IMG/VR virus record: IMGVR_UViG_3300043403_000102
Coordinates: 1 to 64,000 of that record
Length of the DNA: 64,000 nt
Origin: a virus
Reading direction: 5' to 3' (one strand)
In this document: one piece after another, positions 9,584 to 18,855 of the stretch
Layout: each line of letters starts with the position of its first letter
Position numbering within the stretch: the stretch's first letter is position 1
The notes under the pieces: model-generated
Told to the model about the DNA's origin: nothing
Seen by the model: the letters and a program-made list of their open reading frames with translations, nothing else
Database searches by the model: none
Program-made: the position numbers and the translations under genes

Positions 9584-11398
9584 TTAAGTCCCGAACTTCT
9601 CGGAGAGGTTTGAGCCGAGGGCATTCTCCGCCTGCCGCTCCATGCCGTTCTTGAAGGAGATCCAAACCCGGTCAGGGTCCTGGTCTTTAAAGTCCTGGGT
9701 GATGTGGATGTCCCCGGTGAAGGCCACCTTATTGACGGCTCCCGTGTTCTTGTGGTCGGTGTCGGCCTTCTCTTTTTCGATCTCGGGCTTGTAGACCTTG
9801 TTGAACATGTCAATGAGGGCCGCGCTCAACATCCCCGCAGACGCCGAGTCGTTGAAGCCGGGCATGCCCTTCATAAAGGTCTTCTTGGAGTCCTCCGACA
9901 TAGCGGACATGGCCTCATTGAACTTCCCAAGGTCGAGCTGCCCACCGGCCCCCATGATACCGGCCTTCTGAAGCTCGGCCGCAGCCGCCGCCGCACGCTT
10001 ATGAATGTCGGCAGCCCCCGCCTCGGTGTCCACTTGGCCGGGGTGCTTCTTCATGATGTCGACGGTCTTAGCCATGCTCGACATGTGCATGAGGAACCCG
10101 CCAAGGTCGTCAGCCTTTTTGGACCGCTTCATCGATTCGTTCTGAAGCTCATCCAGCGCGGTCGCGGCTCCCGTCGCCGCCATCGCTAGCGCACCCAAAG
10201 CAGGGGCCGCCGCAGCCAGCGGACCCAAGATCCCGCCGAGGCCTGCGACACTTCCCCCGCCGCTAAGATTGTTCAGCATCCCCCCAAGCCCCCCGCCACT
10301 CCCCCCCATCAGTCCCATCAACGAGGTCAACGCCGCAGGGGCCTTGAGCGCCGCAAAGGCCAACGCAAACTCCTGCCAGTGATCGGACAGCACCGACACG
10401 GCGTGAACAACCTTGTCGAAAATATCGACGAGCTTCATGCCCCACTTTTCCGCTACCTCTTTGATTGAAGTACCCGCTCCCTTGAGCTTCTTCTCCCAGT
10501 CACCCACGAGCTGAATGATGTGCTTGAACAGCGGCATGGCCGTGTCCCGCAGGGTGTCCTCGAAGAAGTCCTTGATGCGGAAGATGTTGTCCCCCATCCC
10601 CTTGCTGAACTCGTCGGCCGCAGGGCCCAAGTCACCCAGGCCCTTTTGAATTGCCTTGTAGGTCTGAGCCGAGTTCAGGTGCAGCTTCTTGGTGCCGTCC
10701 AAGATCGTATGCAGCTTGTCGTTGAATGGGTCCAAGCCACGAGGAACCACACCAGTCTGAAGGGCTCGCGCGATGCTGTTCGCAGCCTGCTCGCCCGAGA
10801 CACCGAACACCTTGGACGCTTCAGCAGCCTTCGTGGTCAGCTCGATGACCTGCTCCTGGTTCAGGTGCAGCTTCTGGAAGGCCTTACCACCGACGGTTCG
10901 GTAGATGTCCCCCAGGGTCTGCATCGGGACGGCCAAGCGCTCCTCAATGCCCTCGAAGGCTTCGGTGACTTCCTTGGCTTCCTTCTTGGCGGCAATGACC
11001 CGCTCGGAGGATGTCATGGTCTTGTTCCAGTTCTCGAAGGCGTAGTTGACCTGCGCCACGCCCTTCTGGATTGACCCGAGCTCCTTGTTGGACTCGAACG
11101 CCTTCTCAGCCAGGGAGGCCAGCCCGAAGGACAACCCGGTGACGCTGACGGCGATGCCGAGGGCGTGCTCCTTCAGGTGGTGAAAGGCATTCCCCAGCAT
11201 CCCCGTATGGCCAGACGTCGCATGGGCCGCAGCCCCCGCGTGCTCGAAGCTGGCGGCGGCGTGACCGGTGGCGGCCTGAGCATGCCCAGACGCAGTGCTC
11301 ACATGGTCGAAGGCCTTGGCGACCTTCTCGGCAGCGGGGGACGCGTGGTCCACCGCCGTGAGCTGCATCTCGACTGTGAGGTTGTCCTGTTCAGCCAT
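9584..11398 (-). CDS. Tail tape measure protein
   Basis: 604 aa, Ala/Gly-rich helical, LTAVDHAS N-terminus, position after the tail chaperone. Confidence 0.85.
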   Translation of the reverse strand: MAEQDNLTVEMQLTAVDHASPAAEKVAKAFDHVSTASGHAQAATGHAAASFEHAGAAAHATSGHTGMLGNAFHHLKEHALGIAVSVTGLSFGLASLAEKAFESNKELGSIQKGVAQVNYAFENWNKTMTSSERVIAAKKEAKEVTEAFEGIEERLAVPMQTLGDIYRTVGGKAFQKLHLNQEQVIELTTKAAEASKVFGVSGEQAANSIARALQTGVVPRGLDPFNDKLHTILDGTKKLHLNSAQTYKAIQKGLGDLGPAADEFSKGMGDNIFRIKDFFEDTLRDTAMPLFKHIIQLVGDWEKKLKGAGTSIKEVAEKWGMKLVDIFDKVVHAVSVLSDHWQEFALAFAALKAPAALTSLMGLMGGSGGGLGGMLNNLSGGGSVAGLGGILGPLAAAAPALGALAMAATGAATALDELQNESMKRSKKADDLGGFLMHMSSMAKTVDIMKKHPGQVDTEAGAADIHKRAAAAAAELQKAGIMGAGGQLDLGKFNEAMSAMSEDSKKTFMKGMPGFNDSASAGMLSAALIDMFNKVYKPEIEKEKADTDHKNTGAVNKVAFTGDIHITQDFKDQDPDRVWISFKNGMERQAENALGSNLSEKFGT

Positions 11399-11411
11399 CG
11401 TGCTTCTCAGT

Positions 11412-11600
11412 CTACTTCCCCGGACCGTTCTCGCGGCGAACTAGATCGCTTAGGGCCTCGGTGAACTCTCGGACCTCGGTCAGGGTCAGTGCTCGGATCT
11501 CTGAGATGGACTGCCTCCCGTACCGAGCCAGGTAGGCAATCTGGTCCCAGCGGCGACGACGAAGGCGGGCTAGATCGCCGTCGTCATGCTGGCGAAAAAA
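11412..11600 (-). CDS. Tail assembly chaperone -1 frameshift extension (G-T/E-E' type)
   Basis: -1 frame after T TTT TTC reads FRQHDDGDLARLRRRRWDQIAYLARYGRQSISEIRALTLTEVREFTEALSDLVRRENGPGK*, stopping 13 nt before the tape measure start. Confidence 0.8.
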   Translation of the reverse strand, partial: FFRQHDDGDLARLRRRRWDQIAYLARYGRQSISEIRALTLTEVREFTEALSDLVRRENGPGK

Positions 11601-11965
11601 TCCTCACGCGCGTCCTCTTTGGTCTGGTGAAGGCGCACGTAAGCCTGAATCAAAAGGTCACGCACCGGCGGGCTGCACCCCTCCAAGAACGTCTCCTTCG
11701 CTGCGCCGTCCCAAGTCAGGGGTTGTCCGTTGACCTCGATGATGGTGTGCTTGAGGCACTCCAAGGTCATCTTGTACCCGAATCCCTGAGCGACCTGGTT
11801 GGCCATCTGCTCCTCGGCCAACGTGAGTTCTTTCATCACGATGGACTGGGGATCTGAAGCCCAACGGCGTACCGACTCCGGGAACGTGAACTTGAACTTA
11901 GGCCGCCCCGCCGCAATGGTCTGGGCAGCAGCCTGGGGAGACGCGGGATTCTGAATGGTGGACAT
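11570..11965 (-). CDS. Tail assembly chaperone
   Basis: Between tail tube and tape measure; slippery heptamer near the 3' end; start placed at MSTIQ. Confidence 0.8.
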   Translation of the reverse strand: MSTIQNPASPQAAAQTIAAGRPKFKFTFPESVRRWASDPQSIVMKELTLAEEQMANQVAQGFGYKMTLECLKHTIIEVNGQPLTWDGAAKETFLEGCSPPVRDLLIQAYVRLHQTKEDAREDFFASMTTAI

Positions 11966-12001
11966 GGGAGCTAGATTGCCCCCATGTCCCTTCTGGGTCA
12001 A

Positions 12002-12439
12002 CTAGGTCGACAGCAGATAGGTCGTTGCCTTGAACGAAAAACTCATCTCGACGTATGCGTCACGCCCCGATACCGAGAACGGAATAGGGTCGAACTTCAT
12101 GTCAGGGATGGTGATGCGTGCGACCTGAGTATTCGGGAACTGCACCCGGAACGTGCAGTTGACCGTCTCGTCGTTGGCCTGCCGTCGGGTGGACCGATCG
12201 ACGATCATGCGCTGGAGGTCCAGCATGTCGGCGTTCTCGGGGACGATGGAGAAGCTGCCCGCCACCTCCTCGAAGATCTCGTCCTGTCGCTGGGCAGTCT
12301 CACCGAGGTACCCCTCGGTGAGAATCTTTTGAGACGGCGTGAACGTGAAGTTCTTAATCGCCGTCATCGACTTTAGAAGCACCCCGCTGCGGGTGAACCG
12401 CACCGTGACGCTCTTACCAAGGATCCGAAGTTCGCTCAT
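12002..12439 (-). CDS. Tail tube protein
   Basis: 145 aa beta-rich, directly after the sheath. Confidence 0.8.
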   Translation of the reverse strand: MSELRILGKSVTVRFTRSGVLLKSMTAIKNFTFTPSQKILTEGYLGETAQRQDEIFEEVAGSFSIVPENADMLDLQRMIVDRSTRRQANDETVNCTFRVQFPNTQVARITIPDMKFDPIPFSVSGRDAYVEMSFSFKATTYLLST

Positions 12440-12469
12440 GATTGAATTTCCTCTTTAAACCTTGGGGTC

Positions 12470-14269
12470 TTAGGCGGCAGGAGAAGCATCGACCGTGGGG
12501 CCGATTTGGGTTTGGAACACGATCGCATCCATGTCGCCGAGCATGCGCACTTTGACGATGATGGTGCGGATACCTACCGCCGTCAGCGCGGGGGTGTTCC
12601 CTGACTTAGGGTCGACAAGATACTGCTCAATCCTCTGAAGGCTCGGGTTGTTCGGGGACAGGAGCGAATCACAGAACGACTGAATCTCGCCCGTGATGGC
12701 GTCGACCCGTTCCGTGGTTCCGGGTTCCTTCTGGTAAGGGGCCGCGATGGCAGCCAAGGTGTCCTGCACAAAGTCAGCGAACCGCCGACGGTTGTCTTTA
12801 ACCCGCGTGGGGTAGGTCGTGGGGTTCGTGGCCAGCACGGAGGACTGGAACAACCAGCCCACGGCCCGATCCCGCCGCAAGGCCGAAAGCCCCTTGGCCT
12901 TGAACGCCACGTAGTCAGCCCGGCTGAACGGGTTGGCCACGAAGGCGGGTTCCATCTGCTGAATAGTCGTGAGCTGCGTGTTGGCGACACCGGACTCGAC
13001 TTCCTCGGCCAGGATGGAGAACAGCGAAGCCTTCCACCCTGCGGGGCTGATGAAGATGTTCCGCCCCAGCTCCGTCGAGTAAATGGCGGTGTAGGGGAAG
13101 TTCACCGAGATGCGGTCAGCATTCACGCCGCTGAACAACGCCGGGAGGGCCTTGGCGTTGGTCTTGGCCGTGGTGGCGTTGGAGCTGGACGCGGACACCG
13201 AGGGGTTGGCCGACACGATGGCGATGCGCCCACGGCCCACCTGAGAGGCATCCTGAGCGTTGGTCCAAAGGGCCCCGCGGATGGCGCCCTGAATGGTGGG
13301 GCTCAAGTCGTTGCGTGCGGCGAAGATCGCACCGATGTCGTCCGTGACCTCCTGCCCAGGGGCCGTCCCAGCGATGGCCGCAGGGTAAAGGCTGGCGAGC
13401 TTGGCGTTCAAGCTCACGGCCGCGGTGCCAGGAGCGAAGACCGCCGTGGCCGCACCCACCGCCGAAACGGTGCTGATGTTGGACGAAGAGATCGTGGACA
13501 GGAAGCCCGGGATCGCCGGGTCCAAGACCGTGTCGATGAACGCGATGGCCGCCGTGGTGCCCTTGACGAAGAACGCCGTGGCTCCGAGGGGACCGCCCGT
13601 GGCAACGCCCGACGTGTTGATGAGCCGGGTGAGAACGCCCGACGTCGCGTCCTGGGTCATGTCGAGGGTCGAACCCACGACTGCCGAGACCGGGACCACC
13701 GCGCCCGTGAGCGACGTGCCCTTGGGGATAACGATGTCCTGGGACAGAGAGATGATGACGGTGGCCGACCCAATGGCCGCGTCAGCGAACCGGGTACCCG
13801 CAGGCACCACGATCTCGATGCCCGTGATGAGGGCGTTGTCCGGGTCCAACTCAGCGGCGTTGACCGTGACTTCGAACGCCACGAACACCTTCGCGGTCCC
13901 GCCGTCCGTGGCCACCATGTCGGTGGGGACTCGCTGAAGCGTCAGCCGCCGGAACTGCCGGTTCTTAAGGTGCGCGATGCCGTTGCCCTCGAAGGACTGC
14001 CCGGATCCGTCCTGAACCTGGTTCGCGGTGTCGAGGCGATCTTGGGAAAGCTGGTCCGAGAACCCGCCGTAGGTGGCGGCGATCTCCCCCGAGCTGAAGA
14101 CCTCGGTGGGGGCGAATGGTCCCTTGAGGAACTCGGCCACCATGCACGTCGAGCCAGCGGAGACCCCGAGCTGAACGCTCGGACCCGTCTGGTCAACGAT
14201 GATGACCTGCTCCAGTTCAAGGATCTGGGGAAGGGTCGGGGTCTGCGTTACTCGGGTGACAAACGGCAT
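12470..14269 (-). CDS. Tail sheath protein
   Basis: 599 aa; AEFLKGPFAPTEV..FGGF-like N-terminus, NRRRFADFV and SGNTP..I...V..LGDMDAI C-terminal sheath motifs. Confidence 0.88.
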   Translation of the reverse strand: MPFVTRVTQTPTLPQILELEQVIIVDQTGPSVQLGVSAGSTCMVAEFLKGPFAPTEVFSSGEIAATYGGFSDQLSQDRLDTANQVQDGSGQSFEGNGIAHLKNRQFRRLTLQRVPTDMVATDGGTAKVFVAFEVTVNAAELDPDNALITGIEIVVPAGTRFADAAIGSATVIISLSQDIVIPKGTSLTGAVVPVSAVVGSTLDMTQDATSGVLTRLINTSGVATGGPLGATAFFVKGTTAAIAFIDTVLDPAIPGFLSTISSSNISTVSAVGAATAVFAPGTAAVSLNAKLASLYPAAIAGTAPGQEVTDDIGAIFAARNDLSPTIQGAIRGALWTNAQDASQVGRGRIAIVSANPSVSASSSNATTAKTNAKALPALFSGVNADRISVNFPYTAIYSTELGRNIFISPAGWKASLFSILAEEVESGVANTQLTTIQQMEPAFVANPFSRADYVAFKAKGLSALRRDRAVGWLFQSSVLATNPTTYPTRVKDNRRRFADFVQDTLAAIAAPYQKEPGTTERVDAITGEIQSFCDSLLSPNNPSLQRIEQYLVDPKSGNTPALTAVGIRTIIVKVRMLGDMDAIVFQTQIGPTVDASPAA

Positions 14270-14284
14270 CGGGGAGTCCTCCTG

Positions 14285-14935
14285 TTAGGGGGCGACAACG
14301 TCGATGGACACATCGACGTCGGTCATGATCTGAATCTTTAGATTGAGAGGATACACCGGCCCGACCCTCACCACCGATGCTTGAGCCGACACTGTGAACA
14401 CGGCGTCCCGTTGTTCCCTGATGGCGTGGTCCTCATCATCTATCACGCGGGAGGCCGACAGAGCAAACCGCGCGCACAGCCCGTAGTAGTCGGGCAGGGG
14501 CAGCATGATGCCGTAGCGGGGGCCAAAGGCCTCGCTCATCAGAAGCTCGGGGAACACGAAGGACTGCTCTACCCCCAGCATCACCGCATCTCGCTCGGAC
14601 ACGTGGGCGCAACGGATGCTGACCTCCATGTCGACGTCCATCTCGGCCAGCTTGTACAGGCCGAAGCCCGCCTCGCCTTTGACCTCCCAAGTATCCTCGA
14701 GAAGGGTGGGCGTAAAAAGCGCGTCGGCATACTTGGCGCTGGTGGGCAGCACGCAAGCGGAGGGTGGGACATAGCGGTCAAGGTACGAGGGCCACTCATC
14801 GAACACCGCAGCGAACTGAAACCGCGAAGGGTTGAAGAACTCCAACCCTTCGAGGTGCCGCGCCAACGCCTGAGCCATCGCGGACTTCACGTCCCGCGTG
14901 GCCTTGCGGCTGTACTGGTCACGGCTTATTGGCAT
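14285..14935 (-). CDS. Tail terminator/completion protein
   Basis: Position immediately before the sheath; size. Confidence 0.6.
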   Translation of the reverse strand: MPISRDQYSRKATRDVKSAMAQALARHLEGLEFFNPSRFQFAAVFDEWPSYLDRYVPPSACVLPTSAKYADALFTPTLLEDTWEVKGEAGFGLYKLAEMDVDMEVSIRCAHVSERDAVMLGVEQSFVFPELLMSEAFGPRYGIMLPLPDYYGLCARFALSASRVIDDEDHAIREQRDAVFTVSAQASVVRVGPVYPLNLKIQIMTDVDVSIDVVAP

Positions 14936-15446
14936 TGGGTGCCCCTGAGTTTAAGACCGCATCCTTGATTGCGGCAAGCAATACAGGTTTCCACCGCGCA
15001 ACGGCATGCTCCAGAATGTGCATCCCGGGCTTCCCTTTCAGGACCATCTTGCGTGCGATGGCGAAGGCGATCCCCTTGGCGGCCTTCTCGCGGTTCTGCT
15101 TGCCTCGGATGCCCTTGGTAAGTCCCTTGCGCAGGACCCAGGCTTGGAGCGGGGCGATCGGGGGTTGCCTCGCTCCCTTGCGTCGACCGTGCTCTATGAC
15201 GGCGGCATAAGGAGTGGGGTTGAATATGGCGACGCCGTTGTCCAGATCTCGGGCCTGCCATCCCCTGCGGTACGTGCCTCGGTCGACGGGGGCGGGTTGC
15301 GTGTTGCTTATCTCGTTCTGAATGATGACCAGGGCGTCCGTCTTGGCCGACAGGCGCATGGCCTTGGTCATCGCGGCATGCACCTGCTTGGGGCGCGCCC
15401 TCAGGTACGCGGGCAAGTCTTTCAGGGCGATGGTGTAGTTGGCCAT
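14919..15446 (-). CDS. HK97 gp10-like neck protein
   Basis: PVDRGTYRRGW..NPTPYAAVIEHGRR motif. Confidence 0.8.
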   Translation of the reverse strand: MANYTIALKDLPAYLRARPKQVHAAMTKAMRLSAKTDALVIIQNEISNTQPAPVDRGTYRRGWQARDLDNGVAIFNPTPYAAVIEHGRRKGARQPPIAPLQAWVLRKGLTKGIRGKQNREKAAKGIAFAIARKMVLKGKPGMHILEHAVARWKPVLLAAIKDAVLNSGAPNANKP

Positions 15447-16054
15447 CACGGCCCTCGGCGGCTGCTTCCACCGCGGCGGTCGTTGTTGTAGTCCTGTTTT
15501 GTGAGATGGATCTTCCACTGGAAGATGTCTCGCGTCAGCATCGGCACGGCATCGGGCACGTATCGACGGCGCACGGGCGCGGGATCACTGGGGCGGTTCT
15601 CGACCACCTCCCAAAAGAACTCCCGGTTCACCCAGCCGGTGGCGGGAAAGGCAGGGTCTTGAAGGTCGGGCGTCTTGCCCAGCAAATCATCCTCGGTGTA
15701 CCGGCAAGAGATCTGTTCGACCGAGATGCCTCCCCCCTCGGTCAGCCCGAAGGCCGGAAGGTTCAGGCCCGTAGCCCCCATGTCCTGCACCTGCGGGGTC
15801 GGCAGTATCTCAACACGAGAGAGTTCGACCTGCTCGCCCTCGCCGCGGCGCTGGCCGGACCACGCGACGTGGACCAGGTAAACGCAGTAAGAGCGCATCC
15901 CGAACTGGCTGTAGAGCTGTCGGATTGTATCCACGACCGGCACCAGGGACGATGCCAGCGTGGGGCCCTCGGGGATATGCTGCACGACACGCGTCGCCTC
16001 TGGCATCTCTGCCAAAGGCGTCCCGGACTGCGTGCGGTTGTCCCCCGATGACAT
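15446..16054 (-). CDS. Head closure / head-tail joining protein
   Basis: Synteny between adaptor and gp10-like gene. Confidence 0.55.
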   Translation of the reverse strand: MSSGDNRTQSGTPLAEMPEATRVVQHIPEGPTLASSLVPVVDTIRQLYSQFGMRSYCVYLVHVAWSGQRRGEGEQVELSRVEILPTPQVQDMGATGLNLPAFGLTEGGGISVEQISCRYTEDDLLGKTPDLQDPAFPATGWVNREFFWEVVENRPSDPAPVRRRYVPDAVPMLTRDIFQWKIHLTKQDYNNDRRGGSSRRGP

Positions 16055-16062
16055 TCAGGCTT

Positions 16063-16287
16063 TCAGACGGCCGCGCCCGAACCGTCATGCCAAACGGCGC
16101 CCGTCCACCAGATCGGCTTCCCCAGCGTGGTGTCATAAACCATCGTCCCAACGGTCGTCACCGTAGGACGTCCCGCCGTCGTGCTGGACCGCACGAGCGC
16201 GGTCACAGGACCGTTGAACGCGGTCTCGCGTGTGAGGTTGCCAGTGGACCCGGGGACTTGTTCGAGAAGGACTACTTGGTCGGACAT
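16063..16287 (-). CDS. Small virion protein
   Basis: TTAGRPT..VGTMVYDTTLGKPIWWTG..W motif common in phage fibre/decoration proteins. Confidence 0.65.
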   Translation of the reverse strand: MSDQVVLLEQVPGSTGNLTRETAFNGPVTALVRSSTTAGRPTVTTVGTMVYDTTLGKPIWWTGAVWHDGSGAAV

Positions 16288-16313
16288 GATTGATTCTCCT
16301 TGGAGCTTTTTGG

Positions 16314-16730
16314 TTAGTGAACGCGAGGGATGAACATTGGGGCGGGGCCCTGCCCGGCATTGAACCGCTCGGCAAAGGCATTCAGCGGGATGCCCAGGTC
16401 ATTGGCCAGGCGCTTGGCCCAGCGGGCATACTCGGCCTCAATCCGCTCGGGTTCGTCTTGGCGCAGCGTAATCTCGCCTAGCTTGGTCGCAGAGAATCGC
16501 GTCTGCGCATCGATGAGGCGCTGCTCGATGGTGTCGAGGACAGCGATGTAATTCCTGATGATGCCGATGGCGGTCTCGGGGATCCTGTTCATCGCCAGCT
16601 CCAGGAGGAACATTGGCTGCGAAGATCCGGGCACCCCAAGCACGATGCTGGACACGGGGTCAATGAGCGGATACCCGGTGTGATGCCGTATACGGGCCTT
16701 CTCTTGCTCTGTCAGGACCGCGTTCGCCAT
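16314..16730 (-). CDS. Head-tail adaptor
   Basis: LTEQEKARIRHHTGYP helical protein shortly after the capsid gene. Confidence 0.65.
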   Translation of the reverse strand: MANAVLTEQEKARIRHHTGYPLIDPVSSIVLGVPGSSQPMFLLELAMNRIPETAIGIIRNYIAVLDTIEQRLIDAQTRFSATKLGEITLRQDEPERIEAEYARWAKRLANDLGIPLNAFAERFNAGQGPAPMFIPRVH

Positions 16731-16742
16731 CCCTACAGCCTA

Positions 16743-17126
16743 TCACGCCTGCGAGATTACGATGGCCTTCGGCAGCGAGTGCTTGTCGCCCACCAACTCC
16801 AAGTTCACCCCAAGGGCCTTCATCTCGTCGATGTCGTAGTGAAACGAACTCAGAACCTTGCCCCGGGGGAGCTGGTAATAAATCCCCCCGCGCTTCGGTA
16901 CCCGACAGGTCTCCTTGACCAGCCAGAACGTCTCGACCCTAATGGGCGTAGGCGCCAGCACAGGGGCTGGGGCCGGAACCGCCACAGGAACCGCTAGGGG
17001 AAGAGTTTCCTGCGCCTCTAGGGGTTTGGGCACGGGGACGGGAATCGGGGCCCTAGGCGCAACGGGGGAAGCCCCGGGGAACTTGGGGGGCTGAGGGCGA
17101 CCGGGGGCTATGGGTTTGGGAGGCAT
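16743..17126 (-). CDS. Hypothetical Pro-rich protein
   Basis: ORF in operon. Confidence 0.6.
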   Translation of the reverse strand: MPPKPIAPGRPQPPKFPGASPVAPRAPIPVPVPKPLEAQETLPLAVPVAVPAPAPVLAPTPIRVETFWLVKETCRVPKRGGIYYQLPRGKVLSSFHYDIDEMKALGVNLELVGDKHSLPKAIVISQA

Positions 17127-17134
17127 TTTTAAAA

Positions 17135-17373
17135 GGGTAGCCGACCATCATCTGCGGGGACAAAGCGTCAGACCGAAGTCATCAGCATCCAGGCTTTAAC
17201 CCAAGCCGGTAGGGAGTCCGAGTTCCGATGGTCGGTGTCACTCAATCGCAAGGTAGAGCCGAAGCCCGTTTGGTCAGTGAGTGACGGGTACCAGACACAA
17301 AGGTCTGGAGCCCAGCGGCGGGGGCTCGCACCCCTTGGGACCCCGAAGGTCCTACCGCTGGAAGCCCTAGGGC
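17135..17373 (-). ncRNA. Putative multi-domain structured RNA downstream of the major capsid gene
   Basis: Nested helices 17141-49/17227-35, 17237-44/17278-85, 17291-96/17303-08, 17312-18/17355-61; three cUUCGg loops and a GCGA loop on the minus strand. Confidence 0.7.
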
Positions 17374-18750
17374 TTACGTGCTGCCGTGAACGACAACCAC
17401 GGCGCGCTTGAACGCGGCGGGGCTGGAGAGCGCGGTGACGTCGGTTGGGATCGCCCAGTCGCCCGAGAACGACCAAGAGGCGCTCGTCTGCTGCTGCAGG
17501 CGGTCCAAAGGCGCGCGGAGGATCAAGCGGATCCGCTCGGTCATCACCTGGACCCCGCCGTTGACGACGGAGAACTCACCGATCTTACCCTGGATGCCCG
17601 CCTCGGAGATGTACCGGCTTTCGTCCAGGTACTTCTCTTCGACGGCCCCTTGGCCGGTGAAGATGGGGCGATGGATGGGGACCGCCGTGGCGTTCACCAA
17701 CTCGAAGCCCGTGGTGAAGCCGTTGGTCGGATCCTCGCTGACCGTGGCCAGCGTCGGAGACTCGGTGTTCTGGTAGAAGGTGCAGCCCAGCAACATCGCC
17801 ACCGCGAACCGGCGGTAGTGGATGTAATCCGGGATGGACTGGTTCAACCGCTGGAACTCGTTGTCGCCAAAGATCTGGCTCTCCGAGATCGGGTCGAAGT
17901 GACAGTGATAGGTCCCGTCCTCGTGGGTGGGGACGTTGTCGTAGCGGAGCTGCGCCACCGAGGCACGCACATCGGCCAACGTGAAGGCGTCGACCGCCGA
18001 GATGGCATCGACCGAGGTGCCGCCGCCCGCATAGACGAGGCGCGAACGGTTGTCCGCCAAGACCGACTCGCGACCCGCGAGAACGCCAACCGCAGGCGTC
18101 ACCGTCAGGGTGCCGCCGTGGATCTCGTCACCAGGGATGTCCGAGGTGAAGCCCGTGACCAGGCCGACGTAACCGCCAGTGATCGAGATCGCGATGGGGT
18201 TCGCAACCGACACCGGGGTGGGGCGACCGTTGAACAGCTTGCGAGTGAAGCCCGCGAGGTTCACGACAGGGACCGAAGTGCCCGCACCTACGCCGCCCGC
18301 CTTGACGACCGTGTTACCGGCCACGTAGCAGTTAAACAGCTTGTCGCGAACGACGCGGTTCAAGCTCTGCCCCGAGTGGAGGCCGAGCTGATGCATGTTG
18401 CGCAGGTACTGCGACGCAAGCGTCACGTAGCTGGTGGGCATGCTGGTGTCGATGGTGCTGGCCCACTGCTGAGCCGTGGCTTCCCACTGCTCGATGCCGT
18501 AGGAGACAGGCACCGGGTCGTTGCCCGGCTGCAGGGGGCGCGTGGTCGGGGTGATGAGCCCGGCACGCGTGAAGGTCTGGTTGGCGCCAAGGTTCACAGG
18601 CCACATCTCCGCCACGGCTTCCATGCGGAAAAGCAGCCGTGGGTACAGGGCATCTCGGAAGACGCGCTGAAGGGTGCGATCCTGGATGGACGCCACGACG
18701 CTTGCGTTGAAGCTCGTGACCGCGAGTGACGAATCGGGGAAGTTGGCCAT
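17374..18750 (-). CDS. Major capsid protein
   Basis: 458 aa after the scaffold, strong codon bias, SD (AGGAG) upstream; QLGLHSGQSLNRVVRD and VPTHEDGTYHCHFDP resemble HK97-fold N4-gp56-type capsids. Confidence 0.88.
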   Translation of the reverse strand: MANFPDSSLAVTSFNASVVASIQDRTLQRVFRDALYPRLLFRMEAVAEMWPVNLGANQTFTRAGLITPTTRPLQPGNDPVPVSYGIEQWEATAQQWASTIDTSMPTSYVTLASQYLRNMHQLGLHSGQSLNRVVRDKLFNCYVAGNTVVKAGGVGAGTSVPVVNLAGFTRKLFNGRPTPVSVANPIAISITGGYVGLVTGFTSDIPGDEIHGGTLTVTPAVGVLAGRESVLADNRSRLVYAGGGTSVDAISAVDAFTLADVRASVAQLRYDNVPTHEDGTYHCHFDPISESQIFGDNEFQRLNQSIPDYIHYRRFAVAMLLGCTFYQNTESPTLATVSEDPTNGFTTGFELVNATAVPIHRPIFTGQGAVEEKYLDESRYISEAGIQGKIGEFSVVNGGVQVMTERIRLILRAPLDRLQQQTSASWSFSGDWAIPTDVTALSSPAAFKRAVVVVHGST

Positions 18751-18855
18751 GTGAAATTCTTGCTCCTATTTTGTTCCAGCGGAAACGAGTTGTTTGTTTA
18801 TCGCACGAAGAGAGTGGGTAACGCAAACGATCCGCCCGCCGTCGCGCCCCCGAGA

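Noticed and set aside
7538-9613. 691-aa plus-strand ORF (also 79-1026, 17386-18729, 51811-52971 and similar)
   Set aside because: Antisense shadows of GC-rich minus-strand genes; no motifs and implausible composition
17165-17190. CUGAUGA as a hammerhead ribozyme core
   Set aside because: No GAAA after stem II and no stem III/UH site
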